Shown: piece after piece, positions 52,183 to 63,039 of the stretch
Numbering within the stretch: position 1 is the stretch's first letter
Layout: every line of letters begins with the position of its first letter
Assembly (NCBI GenBank): GCA_963828735.1
Contig: CAWHFW010000002.1
Span: 96,001 to 160,000 of the forward strand
Direction: 5' to 3'
Source of the DNA: an uncultured Gemmatimonadales bacterium
GTDB lineage: Bacteria; Gemmatimonadota; Gemmatimonadetes; Gemmatimonadales; GWC2-71-9
DNA: 64,000 nucleotides
Program-made: the position numbers and the translations under genes
Notes under the pieces: model-generated
Database searches by the model: none
Seen by the model: the letters and a program-made list of their open reading frames with translations, nothing else
What the model was told of the DNA's origin: nothing

Positions 52183-53202
52183 TTAGGAGGGTGGGAAGAG
52201 ATCGCGCCGCGCGCAGTCCCGGGCCAGGGCTTCGAGCGCATCGGCCCGCCACTGCCCCCGATCGGTCAGCCGGTCGAGCAGGGCTCCCGGAAGCGCGGGC
52301 CGGCCCACACGGCCGCCCACGATGCCCCCCGTCATCGCCGCCATGGTGTCGGTGTCCCCCCCGACCTCGATCGCAGTGCAGACCGCGGTCCAGTAGTCGT
52401 CCGGCGTCCGGAGGGCGGCGTACAGGCTCCACGCCACGCTCGGCACCACATGGCTCGAGATGCCGCGCCAGGCCCCGACCTCGCCGGGGTCCAGCCTGGC
52501 TTCGCGCAGGCGTTCCTTGGCGGAGTCCGGGGGCAGGTCGAGCCAGTCTCCCAGTGCGTGCACGACGTCCGCCATCTCCGCATCGGCCCCTGCCACGACG
52601 CGGGCGACCTCTCGGAGCACCCGCGCGCGGTCGATCGGACCTGGCTGCGCGATCAAGCCCGCCGCGACCGCCACCGCCACGGCCCCACCAACACAGCGGG
52701 AATCGAGATGCGTCACGCGGCATTGCTCGGCGGCCACGGACGCCAGTCGCTCGGGATCGTGGGCGAGGAGAACGCCGAGCGGCGCCACGCGCATGGCGCC
52801 GCCATTCCCCGCGTAGGGTGCCGGCGCGCCGGCCTCCGCCCAGGTCGCGCCGGCGATGAGCCGCGCCGCGGCGCCATGGGTGCCAGGGCCCGCCCCGACC
52901 GGCTTGCCGATGCGAAACAGCTCCGCCACGCCGGCGGCAAACGCAGCCGGCTCCCAGCGACCCGCGTCGCGCACCGAGCGAAGGAGTACGCGGGCGAGCT
53001 GGGTATCGTCACTGTATTGGCCGAAGGGAAAGTTGTGGTGGGCTCGCGTGCCCACCGTTCGGGGGCCGAGCTCGGTTCGGACATACGCTTCGGCGAGAGC
53101 GCAGGGAGCCGCCTCCACGACGAATCCCAGGGCGTCACCGAGCGCGAGCCCGAGGAGGGAGCCCGCAACCCGATCTGGGACCGCCAGGGGCGCCACGCTC
53201 AT
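52183..53202 (-). CDS. ADP-ribosylglycohydrolase family protein
   Basis: [31 protein letters not shown]. Confidence 0.9.
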   Translation of the reverse strand: MSVAPLAVPDRVAGSLLGLALGDALGFVVEAAPCALAEAYVRTELGPRTVGTRAHHNFPFGQYSDDTQLARVLLRSVRDAGRWEPAAFAAGVAELFRIGKPVGAGPGTHGAAARLIAGATWAEAGAPAPYAGNGGAMRVAPLGVLLAHDPERLASVAAEQCRVTHLDSRCVGGAVAVAVAAGLIAQPGPIDRARVLREVARVVAGADAEMADVVHALGDWLDLPPDSAKERLREARLDPGEVGAWRGISSHVVPSVAWSLYAALRTPDDYWTAVCTAIEVGGDTDTMAAMTGGIVGGRVGRPALPGALLDRLTDRGQWRADALEALARDCARRDLFPPS

Positions 53203-53358
53203 CGCGGAACGAATGCCGGTACAGGGCCACCGGCCCGCGCCGTGTCGGGACCCGATCGGTCAGTGGCCGGGCGCGGTGTCACGTGCCGGTCATGTCGGTG
53301 ATGACAGGACCAGTGTTCAGGTGGAACATGGAAGGTAAGAAACGGATGGTGGAAGAGC

Positions 53359-53385
53359 CGGACAAGGAGGGACTCGAATGCTCGA
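53359..53385 (-). repeat. Degenerate copy of the tRNA-Ser(CGA) 3' end (older att site)
   Basis: CGGACAAGGAGGGACTCGAATGCTCGA vs CGGACAGGGAGGGATTCGAACCCTCGA (57153-57179), 23/27 identical. Confidence 0.65.
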
Positions 53386-53469
53386 TGCTTTTCGGGACGT
53401 CGGCGTTCGAGATTGATCCATCGCTGGCCGGGCGGCAGCGAGCTGCCGCCCGGCCGAGCGGGGTATGAA

Positions 53470-53772
53470 CTAGGATCCTACTTGCTCACCCAGGAAAGTC
53501 TTGGCCTTGGTCACTTCCGCATCCCATTTCGTCAACTGCTCGGGGGTCAGGAATTTCACGACCCGCTCGCGCATGGTGCCGCGAACTTCCTGGATCTTGG
53601 ACACGGCCTCGGCTTTGGTGATGTTCGGATTCTTCTGGCGGACTTCGTCGATCTTGTCGTGCGCATTCTCGAGTGCGGTCTTGAGCTGGGTCTTCTGGGC
53701 GTCGGACAGATTGAGATCGGCGGCGAAACGCTTGAGCTCTGTCTCGACGACTTCGATAAGTTCGGCTCTCAT
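53470..53772 (-). CDS. Small helical protein with LTxxQ-like motifs (Spy/CpxP-like), no signal peptide
   Basis: GAGGAG RBS; LNLSDAQK and FLTPEQ. Confidence 0.65.
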   Translation of the reverse strand: MRAELIEVVETELKRFAADLNLSDAQKTQLKTALENAHDKIDEVRQKNPNITKAEAVSKIQEVRGTMRERVVKFLTPEQLTKWDAEVTKAKTFLGEQVGS

Positions 53773-54203
53773 GAATGTACTCCTCATTATAGTGTGACGG
53801 GTCAGCTCAGCTTTCGACGGCCGGCTGATTGGTCCCTGAAAATGCCGGGGCTCTTGCTCCGGTTGCGACTCGGGAACCTCCCGAATGGTCCCCTGTGTGC
53901 GGAGCGTCCTCGTTGCCGACGCTCGGATCTCCGGGCTCGTCCGCTGGGCACGAGCGACGGCTGAAAGAGCGCCCCGCGTACCCCTACCAGGCCATTGAAC
54001 TTTGGTGCAACGGGGCCGACACGGTCACGGCGTCTGCTCGCCTTGTCGGGGTTACGGTTGTGGCGGGGTGGTCACTTCGCGGCGACCGAGGTCGCACGCG
54101 ACGGCGAGGCCGCCGCACTGGTGTGGCGAGCAAGGGTGTGGATAGCCGTCGCGTCCGCCGGAAGATCGCGGACGCGGGGAGGCGGGCTGGTTCGTGGGAG
54201 TTT

Positions 54204-54265
54204 GGTGCGACGGACAGGGAGGGATTCGAACCCTCGAAGGGATTGCTCCCTTACCGGTTTTCGAG
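54204..54265 (-). repeat. tRNA-Ser(CGA) 3'-half duplicate (att site)
   Basis: 62-bp direct repeat of 57146-57207 with 3 mismatches, ending at the anticodon loop. Confidence 0.92.
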
Positions 54266-54413
54266 GCAAACACCGCGAACGCATGAACTTTCGTCCGGAG
54301 CGGAAATAACTCGAATCCCACCCTGCCCTGTCGATCTGCGAGAGGATATGCGGCCACAGATTTCGCGCAACTCTAACCCAAGCCTAACCCGACGGCGTGT
54401 CTAGGCGTGGCCC

Positions 54414-57053
54414 CTACTGCCCGTTCACCAGCCGTTCGAAGCGCGGGTTGCCCCGGAGCGGGGCGAAGTTGGGGTCGATCTTGAGCCAGCCGGGCGACAG
54501 GTAATAGGGAATCTTGAGCAGCGACTCGAGTCGGTCGAGGGCCGGTTCGGACTCACCCACGATGAGATGGGTCAAGGCAAGCATACGCAGGAGGTCCGCC
54601 CCCTGCGCCGCGTTCCTGCTGACTGGTAATAGCTCCACGCCGCGCTCTCCTTCGTGGACCGCCTCGGCGCGACGGCCCAGGAATGCGAGCGCCAGGCCCA
54701 GGTACGCGTGGGTTGGAGCGTCCTCAGGTACGTCGCGGAGTCGAGCCTCAAAAGCGACGCGGGCGGAATCGGCATAGGCGCGCGCCAGTGCCTGAGCCCC
54801 TCGCAGCGCGTTGGTTTGGGCGAGCGCGAGGCCCCACGCAGCCCGGTCGCCGCCAAACGCCTCGGGCGAGAGTCGCAGAAGCTGCTGCTGCTGCTCATCG
54901 TCGAGCACCCAGTACAGGTCGGCCATGGCGACTTGTGCCACAAGGGCGGCGGTGTCTACATCTACCGGCACGGCTCGGAGCACCGACCGCGCCCCGGCCA
55001 AGTCACCCTGGGCTAGGTGGACGGAGGTCACTGTAACAATCGCCCAGAGGTTGCTCGGCGCGAGTGCCCGCGCGCGCTCAGCCGTGGACAGTGCCTCTGC
55101 GTAGCGACGGCGGGTGAGCAGTGGCCAGGTGAGTGAATGCGCAATTTCGACGCGTCGCGGATCGAGCACTTCCGCCTCTCGCATGTGCGCAATTCCCTCG
55201 TCAACCCGCCTGAGGAGGAACTCAGCCCACCCGGCCCAGGCCAGCAGCCTTGCGTCCTTCGGCGCAAGCTGCCGCCCCTTCGTGTACTGCTCGAGCGCGC
55301 GCGGCGCGTCGTACCGCACCATTTCGTAGTAGTTGCCAAGCGCCAGATACCCGTCGGCACCCTTGGGCGCGAGCGTTAGCGACCGCTCAGCCGCGCGCTG
55401 AGCGGCCATTGCCGCTGCTGAGTGGTCTGGGGCGTTCCAATAGAGGAACGAGTAGGCCCTCGAAAGCTGAGCCCAGGCTAGGGCGAAGCTCGAATCGAGG
55501 GTCACCGCCCGCTCGTAATAGTCTCGCGCGCGCCGAAGCGCCGCCTGATCCAGGCCAGGGAGACCGTCGGCGGCCTCCTCGCCACGGAGGAACGCATCGT
55601 ACGCGGCCAGGTTTTGAGTCGGGCGTTCGCGGATTCGCTCCTGCTCGCCCGCGCCGAGGGCTACACCGAGCGCCTCGGCCACTCGGCCGGCGATTTGCCC
55701 CTGCACCTGGAACACGTCGGTAAGCGGGGCCTCGAAGGGTGCTTGCCACTTGGTCGAAGCCGTCGTGACCTGGATCAGTTCGGGACTGACGCGCACGCGA
55801 CTCGTTCCGCCTGATGGCTTTGCCTTTTCCCAGCGGACGGTGCCGGTCAGAAGAAACTGCACCCCCAGCTCGCGCCCGATCTGCTGCGGGCTCTTAGTGG
55901 TCTGCTTGTATTGGACTGAGCTGGTGCGGGCGATCACTTCGAGGCCAGGTAGCGCGGCAAGCTTCCCGCGCACCTCATCCGTAACACCATCGGCGAAGTA
56001 ATCATCGTCGCGCTGGCCGAGGTTCTCGAACGGGAGCACGGCCAGCCGTTTCGGGCCAGCGGCCCCGGGTTCTGGCCGGGCGCGTAACCAAGCGAGCAGC
56101 ACCCCCGCCCCCACCAGGATGCCCAGCGCAAGCGTGGCCAAAGCGCGCGGCACCCGCCGATGGCCCCCTGCTGCCATCGGTTGCGAAGCCGCAGGGGTAG
56201 TAGTCGTGTCGGAGGTAACGTGCGGTCGAGCGAGCGCACGGGCGAAGTCTGCAGCGGTGGTAAACCGGTCGGCCGGGGTCACGGCGAGGGCCTGGCTGAT
56301 CGCCTGCTCGATGGCCTCCGGCACGCTGGCGCGCAGCGTCCGCACGTGCGGCAGCGGCTCGAGCACCCGTTTGGCGATCACGACCTGCGGCGTCCGGCCG
56401 GTGTACGGGACCTCGCCGGTCAGCATCTCGTACAGGACGCAGCCGAGACTGTAGAGGTCCGACCGCCCATCCACATTCGACGTGCCGTCCGCCTGCTCTG
56501 GGCTCATATAGGCGGGCGTGCCGACTGCCACACCCGTGGCCGTCAGGTGCTCGGCGTCAGCGACCTGCACTGCTCGGGCGATGCCGAAGTCAGCGACCAA
56601 CGCGTGGCCCTGGCCGAGCAGGATGTTCTCGGGCTTGATGTCGCGGTGCACGATGCTCTGGCTGTGCGCGTAGCCCAGCGCGTCGGCCACCTCGCGGGTG
56701 ATTTGCAGCGCATCGTCGAGCGGCAATTGAGCCTCGCGCCGCAGGCGATCCCGAAGGGAGTCGCCCTCGACGTAGGGCATGGTGTACCAGAGCTGGCCAG
56801 CCGCTTCGCCGGAATCGAGCACGGGCAGGATGTGTGGGTGCTGCAGGCGGGCGGTGGTCCGGATTTCCCGCTGGAAGCGCTCAGGGCCGAGGGTGGCGGC
56901 GAGGTCGGGATGCAAGACCTTGAACGCGACCGGGCGGTCATGCCGGAGATCGTGGGCCAGGAACACCGTGGCCATGCCACCCCGCCCCAGCTCGCGCTCG
57001 AGTCGGTAGCGGTCAGCCAAGCCGCTCTGGAGCTGTTCGCGGAGGTCTGGCAC
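54414..57053 (-). CDS. Hanks-type Ser/Thr kinase with TolB-like and TPR domains
   Basis: LGRGGMATV, HRDIKPEN, DFG, GTPAYMSPEQ; LAVLPFENL; TPRs; LRGNPRF C-terminus. Confidence 0.95.
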   Translation of the reverse strand: MPDLREQLQSGLADRYRLERELGRGGMATVFLAHDLRHDRPVAFKVLHPDLAATLGPERFQREIRTTARLQHPHILPVLDSGEAAGQLWYTMPYVEGDSLRDRLRREAQLPLDDALQITREVADALGYAHSQSIVHRDIKPENILLGQGHALVADFGIARAVQVADAEHLTATGVAVGTPAYMSPEQADGTSNVDGRSDLYSLGCVLYEMLTGEVPYTGRTPQVVIAKRVLEPLPHVRTLRASVPEAIEQAISQALAVTPADRFTTAADFARALARPHVTSDTTTTPAASQPMAAGGHRRVPRALATLALGILVGAGVLLAWLRARPEPGAAGPKRLAVLPFENLGQRDDDYFADGVTDEVRGKLAALPGLEVIARTSSVQYKQTTKSPQQIGRELGVQFLLTGTVRWEKAKPSGGTSRVRVSPELIQVTTASTKWQAPFEAPLTDVFQVQGQIAGRVAEALGVALGAGEQERIRERPTQNLAAYDAFLRGEEAADGLPGLDQAALRRARDYYERAVTLDSSFALAWAQLSRAYSFLYWNAPDHSAAAMAAQRAAERSLTLAPKGADGYLALGNYYEMVRYDAPRALEQYTKGRQLAPKDARLLAWAGWAEFLLRRVDEGIAHMREAEVLDPRRVEIAHSLTWPLLTRRRYAEALSTAERARALAPSNLWAIVTVTSVHLAQGDLAGARSVLRAVPVDVDTAALVAQVAMADLYWVLDDEQQQQLLRLSPEAFGGDRAAWGLALAQTNALRGAQALARAYADSARVAFEARLRDVPEDAPTHAYLGLALAFLGRRAEAVHEGERGVELLPVSRNAAQGADLLRMLALTHLIVGESEPALDRLESLLKIPYYLSPGWLKIDPNFAPLRGNPRFERLVNGQ

Positions 57054-57152
57054 CTATGACCTGCCTAGAAGGCTGCGCACACCAAGCATACCGCGTGGCT
57101 AAGGAGGAGGATAGGGACCAGCGAAAGAGGCCGGGATGAAGCGGAGGTGCAA

Positions 57153-57239
57153 CGGACAGGGAGGGATTCGAACCCTCGAAGGGGTTGCCCCCTTACCGGT
57201 TTTCGAGACCGGCTCCTTCAGCCACTCGGACACCTGTCC
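57153..57239 (-). tRNA. tRNA-Ser(CGA)
   Basis: GGACAGG acceptor, CCGGT-CTCGAAA-ACCGG anticodon arm, variable arm with GCAA loop, GGTTCGAATCC. Confidence 0.96.
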
Positions 57240-57377
57240 TGAGCGATCCAACCTCGCTCGGGCGCGAAGATTACAACCCCCGAGGCCGCTTTGCCAGTCA
57301 GTTTCGGGGCCGCACCCAAACGCGCCGCGTTCGGGCGCGCCACGGCGGTTACGTGCGTCGAACCGCCGTGCGCCCTG

Positions 57378-57854
57378 CTACAGCACGGAGCGGCGGTCCT
57401 TGAAGAATCGCTTGAGCAGTTCGGCGCAATCCTCGGCGAAGAGCCCGCTCACGACCTCCGGCCGATGATTGAGACGAGGATGGCGCAAGAGGTCATAGAC
57501 CGAACCGGACATGCCCGCGCGCAGGTCCTGCGCGCCGTACACCACTCGGCCCACCTTCGCGAGGACGATCGCGCCGGCGCACTGGGCGCACGGTTCCAGG
57601 GTCACGTAGAGCGTGGCGAACGGAAGCCGGTCTTCGCCAGCGCGGTGGAGCGCCCGGTGGATCGCCAGGAGCTCCGCATGTGCGGTCGGGTCGCGGCGCT
57701 GGATGGTCTCGTTGTGCGCCTCGGCCAGCACTTCGCCATCGGCGACGATCACCGCTCCGATCGGCACCTCTTCGCGCACGGAGGCGGCGCGCGCCAGGCG
57801 CAACGCCGCCTGCATACCCTGCAGGTCGCTCGGTGACGGTGTCCCCCTACGCAC
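57378..57854 (-). CDS. tadA: tRNA adenosine(34) deaminase
   Basis: [29 protein letters not shown]; start GTG 57854 or ATG 57815. Confidence 0.93.
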   Translation of the reverse strand: MRRGTPSPSDLQGMQAALRLARAASVREEVPIGAVIVADGEVLAEAHNETIQRRDPTAHAELLAIHRALHRAGEDRLPFATLYVTLEPCAQCAGAIVLAKVGRVVYGAQDLRAGMSGSVYDLLRHPRLNHRPEVVSGLFAEDCAELLKRFFKDRRSVL

Positions 57855-60474
57855 TGGCGCGCTCGGGGGCCGTCGCCACCCGGGCAAAGCGCAGATGCTC
57901 GTCCGCTCGCTCGGCACGGATGGTGTCGCCCTCGTGGAAGTTTCCCTCGAGAATCTCGAGCGCGATCGGGTTCTGGAGCTCGCGCTGGATCACGCGCTTG
58001 AGCGGTCGAGCCCCGTAGACCGGATCGTACCCCTGCGCGGCCAGGAGCTCCTTGGCCTCCGGCGCGACCTCGAGCCGGATGTGCCGGGCCGCCAGCAGAT
58101 CGTCCAAATGACGCAGCTGGATGTCCACGATGTGCACCAGGTCCTCGCGGCTGAGCGGACGGAAGACGATGATCTCGTCCACCCGATTGAGGAACTCGGG
58201 ACGGAAGAAATTCCGGAGCTCGTCCCGGACCCGCTGTTCCACCCGCTCCCACGCCTTGTCGTCCACCTGCGCGCCGGCGTCCACGATGATCTGGCTCCCG
58301 ATGTTGCTGGTCATGATGATCACCGCGTTGCGGAAATCCACGAGCCGACCCTGGCTGTCCGTGAGTCGGCCGTCATCGAGAATCTGGAGCAGCACGTTGA
58401 ACACGTCCGGGTGCGCTTTCTCGATCTCGTCGAAGAGAATGACGCTGTACGGCCGGCGGCGGACCGCCTCGGTGAGCTGGCCGCCCTCCTCGTATCCGAC
58501 GTACCCCGGCGGCGCGCCGATGAGCCGGGCCACCGAATGCTTCTCCATGTACTCCGACATGTCGATCCGGATCATGGCCCGCTCGTCGTCGAACAGGAAC
58601 TCGGCCAGGGCCCGTGCCGTCTCGGTCTTTCCCACCCCCGTGGGGCCCAGGAAAATGAACGAGCCCGTGGGCCGGTTGGGGTCGCCCAGTCCGGCTCGGC
58701 TGCGTCGAACGGCGTTCGCCACGCTCGTGATCGGGGCTCGCTGGCCGATGACACGGCGGCCGAGCTCGTCCTCGAGCTTCACCAGGCGCTCGCGCTCGCT
58801 CTCGAGCATCTTGCTCACCGGGATCCCGGTCCATTTGCTCACGATCTCGGCGATGTCCTCCGCGTCGACCTCTTCCCGCAGGTAGCGCGCGCGCGACTGC
58901 GTTCCCTGGAGCCGCTTCTCGTCCTCCTGCAGCTTCCGCTCGAGCTCCGGCAAGCGCCCATAACGGAGCTCGGCGGCGCGCTGCAGATCCCCGCGGCGCG
59001 TGGCCTGCTCGATCTCGGCGCGGACGGTCTCGGTCTCCGCCCTGATCTGCTGGATCTCGCCGATAGCCCCTTTCTCTGCCTGCCACTGCGCCTTCATGGC
59101 GTCCGCGCGCTCGCGCAGCTCGGCGATCTCCGCCTCGAGCGTCTGCCGGCGCTCGACAGCCGCTTTGTCCTTCTCCTTGAGCAGCGCCTGGCGCTCGATC
59201 TGGAGCTGCACGATGCGCCGCTCGACCTCGTCGATCTCCTGGGGCAGACTGTCGATCTCGATCCGAAGCCGGCTCGCGGCCTCGTCGACCAGGTCGATCG
59301 CCTTGTCCGGCAGGAACCGGTCGCCGATGTACCGGTCGGAGAGCGTGGCGGCCGCCACCAGAGCGTTGTCCGTGATCCGGACACCGTGGTGCACCTCGTA
59401 CTTCTCCTTGAGCCCGCGCAGGATCGCGATCGTGTCGGCCACGCTCGGCTCGCCCACGAGCACCGGCTGGAAGCGGCGCTCGAGCGCGGGGTCCTTCTCG
59501 ACGTGCTTGCGGTATTCGTCGAGCGTCGTGGCGCCGATCACGTGGAGCTCGCCGCGAGCCAGCGGCGGCTTGAGCATGTTGCTGGCGTCCACGGCCCCCT
59601 CGGCAGCACCGGCGCCGACGATCGTGTGCAGCTCGTCGATGAAAGTGATGAACTTCCCCTCGCTCTCGGTGAGCTCCTTCACGACCGCCTTGAGCCGTTC
59701 CTCGAACTCGCCTCGGAACTTGGCGCCCGCCAGCAGCTGACCGATATCGAGGCCGACGAGCTCCCGGTTCCGAAGCGACTCCGGCACGTCGCCGTTCACG
59801 ATGCGCTGCGCCAGACCTTCGACGATGGCCGTCTTCCCCACGCCGGGCTCGCCGATGAGGACGGGGTTGTTCTTGGTGCGCCGCGAGAGCACCTGGACGA
59901 CGCGGCGGATCTCCTCGTCGCGGCCGATCACCGGATCGAGCTTTCCGCGACGGGCCTGCTCGGTCAGGTTCCGGGTGTACCGCTCCAGCGCCTGGTACTT
60001 CTCCTCGGGCGACTGGTCGGTGACCCGATGCGAGCCGCGCACCTCGTCGAGGGCGCGCCGCAGGTCGTCGGCCGAGACCTTCTGGGCGCTCAACAGGCCC
60101 CGCAGGGCCGTGCCCTTCTCCTCGGCCATGGCGATCAACAGATGCTCGGTGGAGACATAGGTGTCACCGAGCTTGGAGGCATCCGCGTCGGCCCGGTCGA
60201 AGATGCGGTGCATCTCGCGACTGAATGACGGCTCCGCGGTTCCACCCTCCTGAGTGGGGAACCGGTCCAGCTCGCGCTCCACCGCCTGCCCCAGGCCGGT
60301 CACATTGAGACCCGCCTTCTGCAGGAGCGGCTGGACCACACCTTCGGGTTGCGCGAGAAGCGCCGCCAGCAGGTGGGCGTCGTTGACGACGGGGTTGCCG
60401 CGCCGACGGGCGAGCTCACCGGCGTCGCGGAAGGCCTCCTGGCCCTTGATGGTCAATCGCTCGGGTCGAATCAT
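57847..60474 (-). CDS. clpB: Chaperone ClpB
   Basis: [24 protein letters not shown]-domain coiled coil, [18 protein letters not shown]. Confidence 0.96.
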   Translation of the reverse strand: MIRPERLTIKGQEAFRDAGELARRRGNPVVNDAHLLAALLAQPEGVVQPLLQKAGLNVTGLGQAVERELDRFPTQEGGTAEPSFSREMHRIFDRADADASKLGDTYVSTEHLLIAMAEEKGTALRGLLSAQKVSADDLRRALDEVRGSHRVTDQSPEEKYQALERYTRNLTEQARRGKLDPVIGRDEEIRRVVQVLSRRTKNNPVLIGEPGVGKTAIVEGLAQRIVNGDVPESLRNRELVGLDIGQLLAGAKFRGEFEERLKAVVKELTESEGKFITFIDELHTIVGAGAAEGAVDASNMLKPPLARGELHVIGATTLDEYRKHVEKDPALERRFQPVLVGEPSVADTIAILRGLKEKYEVHHGVRITDNALVAAATLSDRYIGDRFLPDKAIDLVDEAASRLRIEIDSLPQEIDEVERRIVQLQIERQALLKEKDKAAVERRQTLEAEIAELRERADAMKAQWQAEKGAIGEIQQIRAETETVRAEIEQATRRGDLQRAAELRYGRLPELERKLQEDEKRLQGTQSRARYLREEVDAEDIAEIVSKWTGIPVSKMLESERERLVKLEDELGRRVIGQRAPITSVANAVRRSRAGLGDPNRPTGSFIFLGPTGVGKTETARALAEFLFDDERAMIRIDMSEYMEKHSVARLIGAPPGYVGYEEGGQLTEAVRRRPYSVILFDEIEKAHPDVFNVLLQILDDGRLTDSQGRLVDFRNAVIIMTSNIGSQIIVDAGAQVDDKAWERVEQRVRDELRNFFRPEFLNRVDEIIVFRPLSREDLVHIVDIQLRHLDDLLAARHIRLEVAPEAKELLAAQGYDPVYGARPLKRVIQRELQNPIALEILEGNFHEGDTIRAERADEHLRFARVATAPERASA

Positions 60475-60610
60475 CGTCGTAGGTCGTAGGTCGTGGGTTC
60501 GCAGCCTTGCGGTGGGACACACCTCCGCAAGGCGATGGGCATCGGTCGAGGCCTTGGCCTGGGCAACGGCCGTACCGCAAATCCCTGCCACATTGACAGC
60601 CAAAGCAAGC

Positions 60611-60636
60611 GAGGGACGGCCCGCGGGCCGTCCCTC
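60611..60636 (-). terminator. Perfect palindrome right after the 60637-61089 gene
   Basis: GAGGGACGGCCCGCGGGCCGTCCCTC. Confidence 0.6.
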
Positions 60637-61089
60637 TCATTGCTGGCTGGTCACCTTCTTCTGCGCGATCATCTTGCGGGTGAACCGCTCTCCATCCACG
60701 GTGAGCTGGTAGTAGTACACACCCGAAGTTGCCTCGCTCTGACCATCCAGATACTTCCCGTCCCAGAACGCGTGGTACTCGCCGCATCGCAGTCGGAGAC
60801 TGTCCAGGCGCTCCGCGCCAGGGCGGGGTCCCGAGCCCGTGGCGAGCACGGGGATGGCGACCACCTGGACGAGCACGTTGTAGATCTTCAGACTGACGAC
60901 CGGTTGGTGTCCTCTGGCGCACACCTCCTGGGAAATCAAGAACGGAATCGTCGTCGTCGGAAAGAACGGATTGGGGTAGTTCTCCTTCAGCTCGATTCGA
61001 GGCGGGGAGACGTTCGCCTGCGCAGCCACCGGGTTTCCGACGCCCACCAGCAGCCCGAGCCACCACCCCGCCCACGCCCAGCGGACCAT
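60637..61089 (-). CDS. Secreted stand-alone FlgD-Ig/T9SS type-A CTD-like protein
   Basis: Signal peptide; NYPNPF, LKIYNV, WDGK, SGVYYYQL, RKMI; GAGGAG RBS. Confidence 0.7.
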   Translation of the reverse strand: MVRWAWAGWWLGLLVGVGNPVAAQANVSPPRIELKENYPNPFFPTTTIPFLISQEVCARGHQPVVSLKIYNVLVQVVAIPVLATGSGPRPGAERLDSLRLRCGEYHAFWDGKYLDGQSEATSGVYYYQLTVDGERFTRKMIAQKKVTSQQ

Positions 61090-61196
61090 GGGTGCTCCTC
61101 ATCAGACGGATGGAAGTACGGCGGGCACCTCCAGGAGGCGAAAGTCAAAGGCAACCGGACTACTGAGTGTAAGATTCCAGCCCAACCGGCGGTGTG

Positions 61197-63039
61197 TCAA
61201 GCGTTTCGGAGCTTCCTTGCATCTCCGACCCGCTCGGTGATTCCCTTGGCGTCGGCCCACTCGAGGAGCGGGATCATGTACTTCCTGCTGATCCCGAGGC
61301 GGTCTCGTAGGGCGGCCGGTGCGATCAGGCTCTCGCGACCGATGTCCGCCAGCGCGGCCGTGAAGCGGTCCAGAGCGGGAAGGGCGTAGTAGCGGTCCCG
61401 CTCCACTGCTTCGATCCTGCCCGCTTGAGCCGCGAGCCTGAGGATCGCACCCACATCGCGTCGGCCGGTCTCCCGCTCCAGCTCAGCCAGGGTTGGCGGG
61501 CTCAGGCCCGCCTCCTCCAGAATGCGAACGAACCGATCGATCTCCGCGTCACCGCCTTCGACCCGGGGTACGAACCCGGACAACATCGCCAGCCCGTCGC
61601 CTGCGCGAATGCGTCCCGCCGAGACGAGGTCCGTCAACGCCTGCTCGGCCAAGGCGGGCGGCGCACGAAGTCCGTGGCGAAGCGTCTCGAGCGAGAGCCC
61701 GCGGTCGCTTGGCCTGGCGCGGTGATGTGCCTTGAGCTGGCTCAGCGCCTGTGCGCCGAGCGCGGAGAGGGTCGCCTCGCGGACCCAGAGCTCGCCGACC
61801 TGGCGAAGGCCAGGGGTGGAGCGCGCCACCGCCGCCGCTTCGGCCGGCGGGAGGCCAAGGAGAATCGGCACCTCGGCGGTAGGCACGCCGGAGGGGCGAC
61901 GCTCGAGCAGTGCGGCGAATCGCGCCTCCGGGTTCTCCTCCACCAATCCGCTCGGCCAGAGGCTGCGGCGTCTCGGCGGTGAAGGATCGAGGATCCGGCC
62001 TCCGCCGATCGTGGTCACCGGACTGAAGCTTCGAAGCACGATCCGATCGCCGCCGCGAGCCACGATCGGTCCCTCGAGGGCCAGTCTGGCCAGCCCCTTC
62101 CCGCCTGGCTCGAATCGGGGCCCGCGGGTGCACCCGCGCCATCACCTCTGTGGTCCCGAGGTGGACGCGAACGCGGGCCCGCGGGGTCAGCGCGCGTGGG
62201 GCGTCTGCCCCGAGCGCCAGCTCCACATCCACCGCCCTCACCGGCGCCCATGGCGCATCGGCGGCCACGAGCCACGCCCCTCGCTGGGCCTCCTCGCGCT
62301 GCACCCCGGCCAGTCCGACGGCGGTGCGGGCGCCGGGCTGACTCTGCTGGAGCGTGGCGCCGTAGCTCTCGATGGAGCGCACGCGGGCCGGCGTGTCGGA
62401 TGGCAGCAGCCGTACCGCGTCGCCCACGGAGAGGCGCCCCGACCAGGCCGTCCCCGTGACGACCGTTCCCACACCCGCGAGCGAGAACGCGCGGTCGACC
62501 GGGAGCCGGAACAGATCAGCGCCGAGCCGCGGGCTCAGTCCGGCGGCCCGGGCGGCGAGGCGTGCGCGCAAGCCGTCGAGACCCAGGCCCGACTTGGCCG
62601 ACACCGCGATCGGCGCCTCGAATCCGACCGAAGAGCGCGCGAGACGGTCGCCCACTTCGGCCAGCACCAGCTCGAGCCAGTCGGGATCGACCAGATCCGC
62701 CTTCGTGACGACCGGAATCCCCGCGCGGACGCCGAGATGCTCGAGCACCGCCAGGTGCTCCAGGGTTTGCGGCATGATCCCTTCGTCGGCGGCGACCACC
62801 AACAACGCGAGGTCGATGCCGGATGCCCCCGCCACCATCGTGCGCACGAAATCTTCGTGGCCCGGCACGTCCACGACGCCGGCCGTGGTGCCGTTGCCGA
62901 GCGAGAGCGGAGCGAAGTTGAGGTCGATCGTGATGCCGCGCCGCCGTTCCTCGGCCAGGCGATCCATGGGGCGGCCCGTGAGTGCGGCCACCAGCGCGGA
63001 CTTGCCGTGGTCGATGTGTCCAGCCGTTCCGATGATCAC
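61197..63039 (-). CDS. selB: Selenocysteine-specific elongation factor (frameshift near 62113)
   Basis: IIGTAGHIDHGKS, EERRRGITIDL, DVPGHEDF, MPQTLEH; C-terminal winged helix LGISRKYMIPLLE. Confidence 0.93.

Larger units (their letters stand above)
54204..57207. mobile_element. Integrase-less genomic islet in tRNA-Ser(CGA) carrying a kinase gene
   Basis: Bounded by tRNA 3'-half repeats; single cargo ORF. Confidence 0.8.

Noticed and set aside
54211..54265. Third functional tRNA gene
   Set aside because: Only the 3' half; the D-arm and 5' acceptor strand are missing
60475..60610. CIRCE or CtsR operator upstream of clpB
   Set aside because: No match to either consensus
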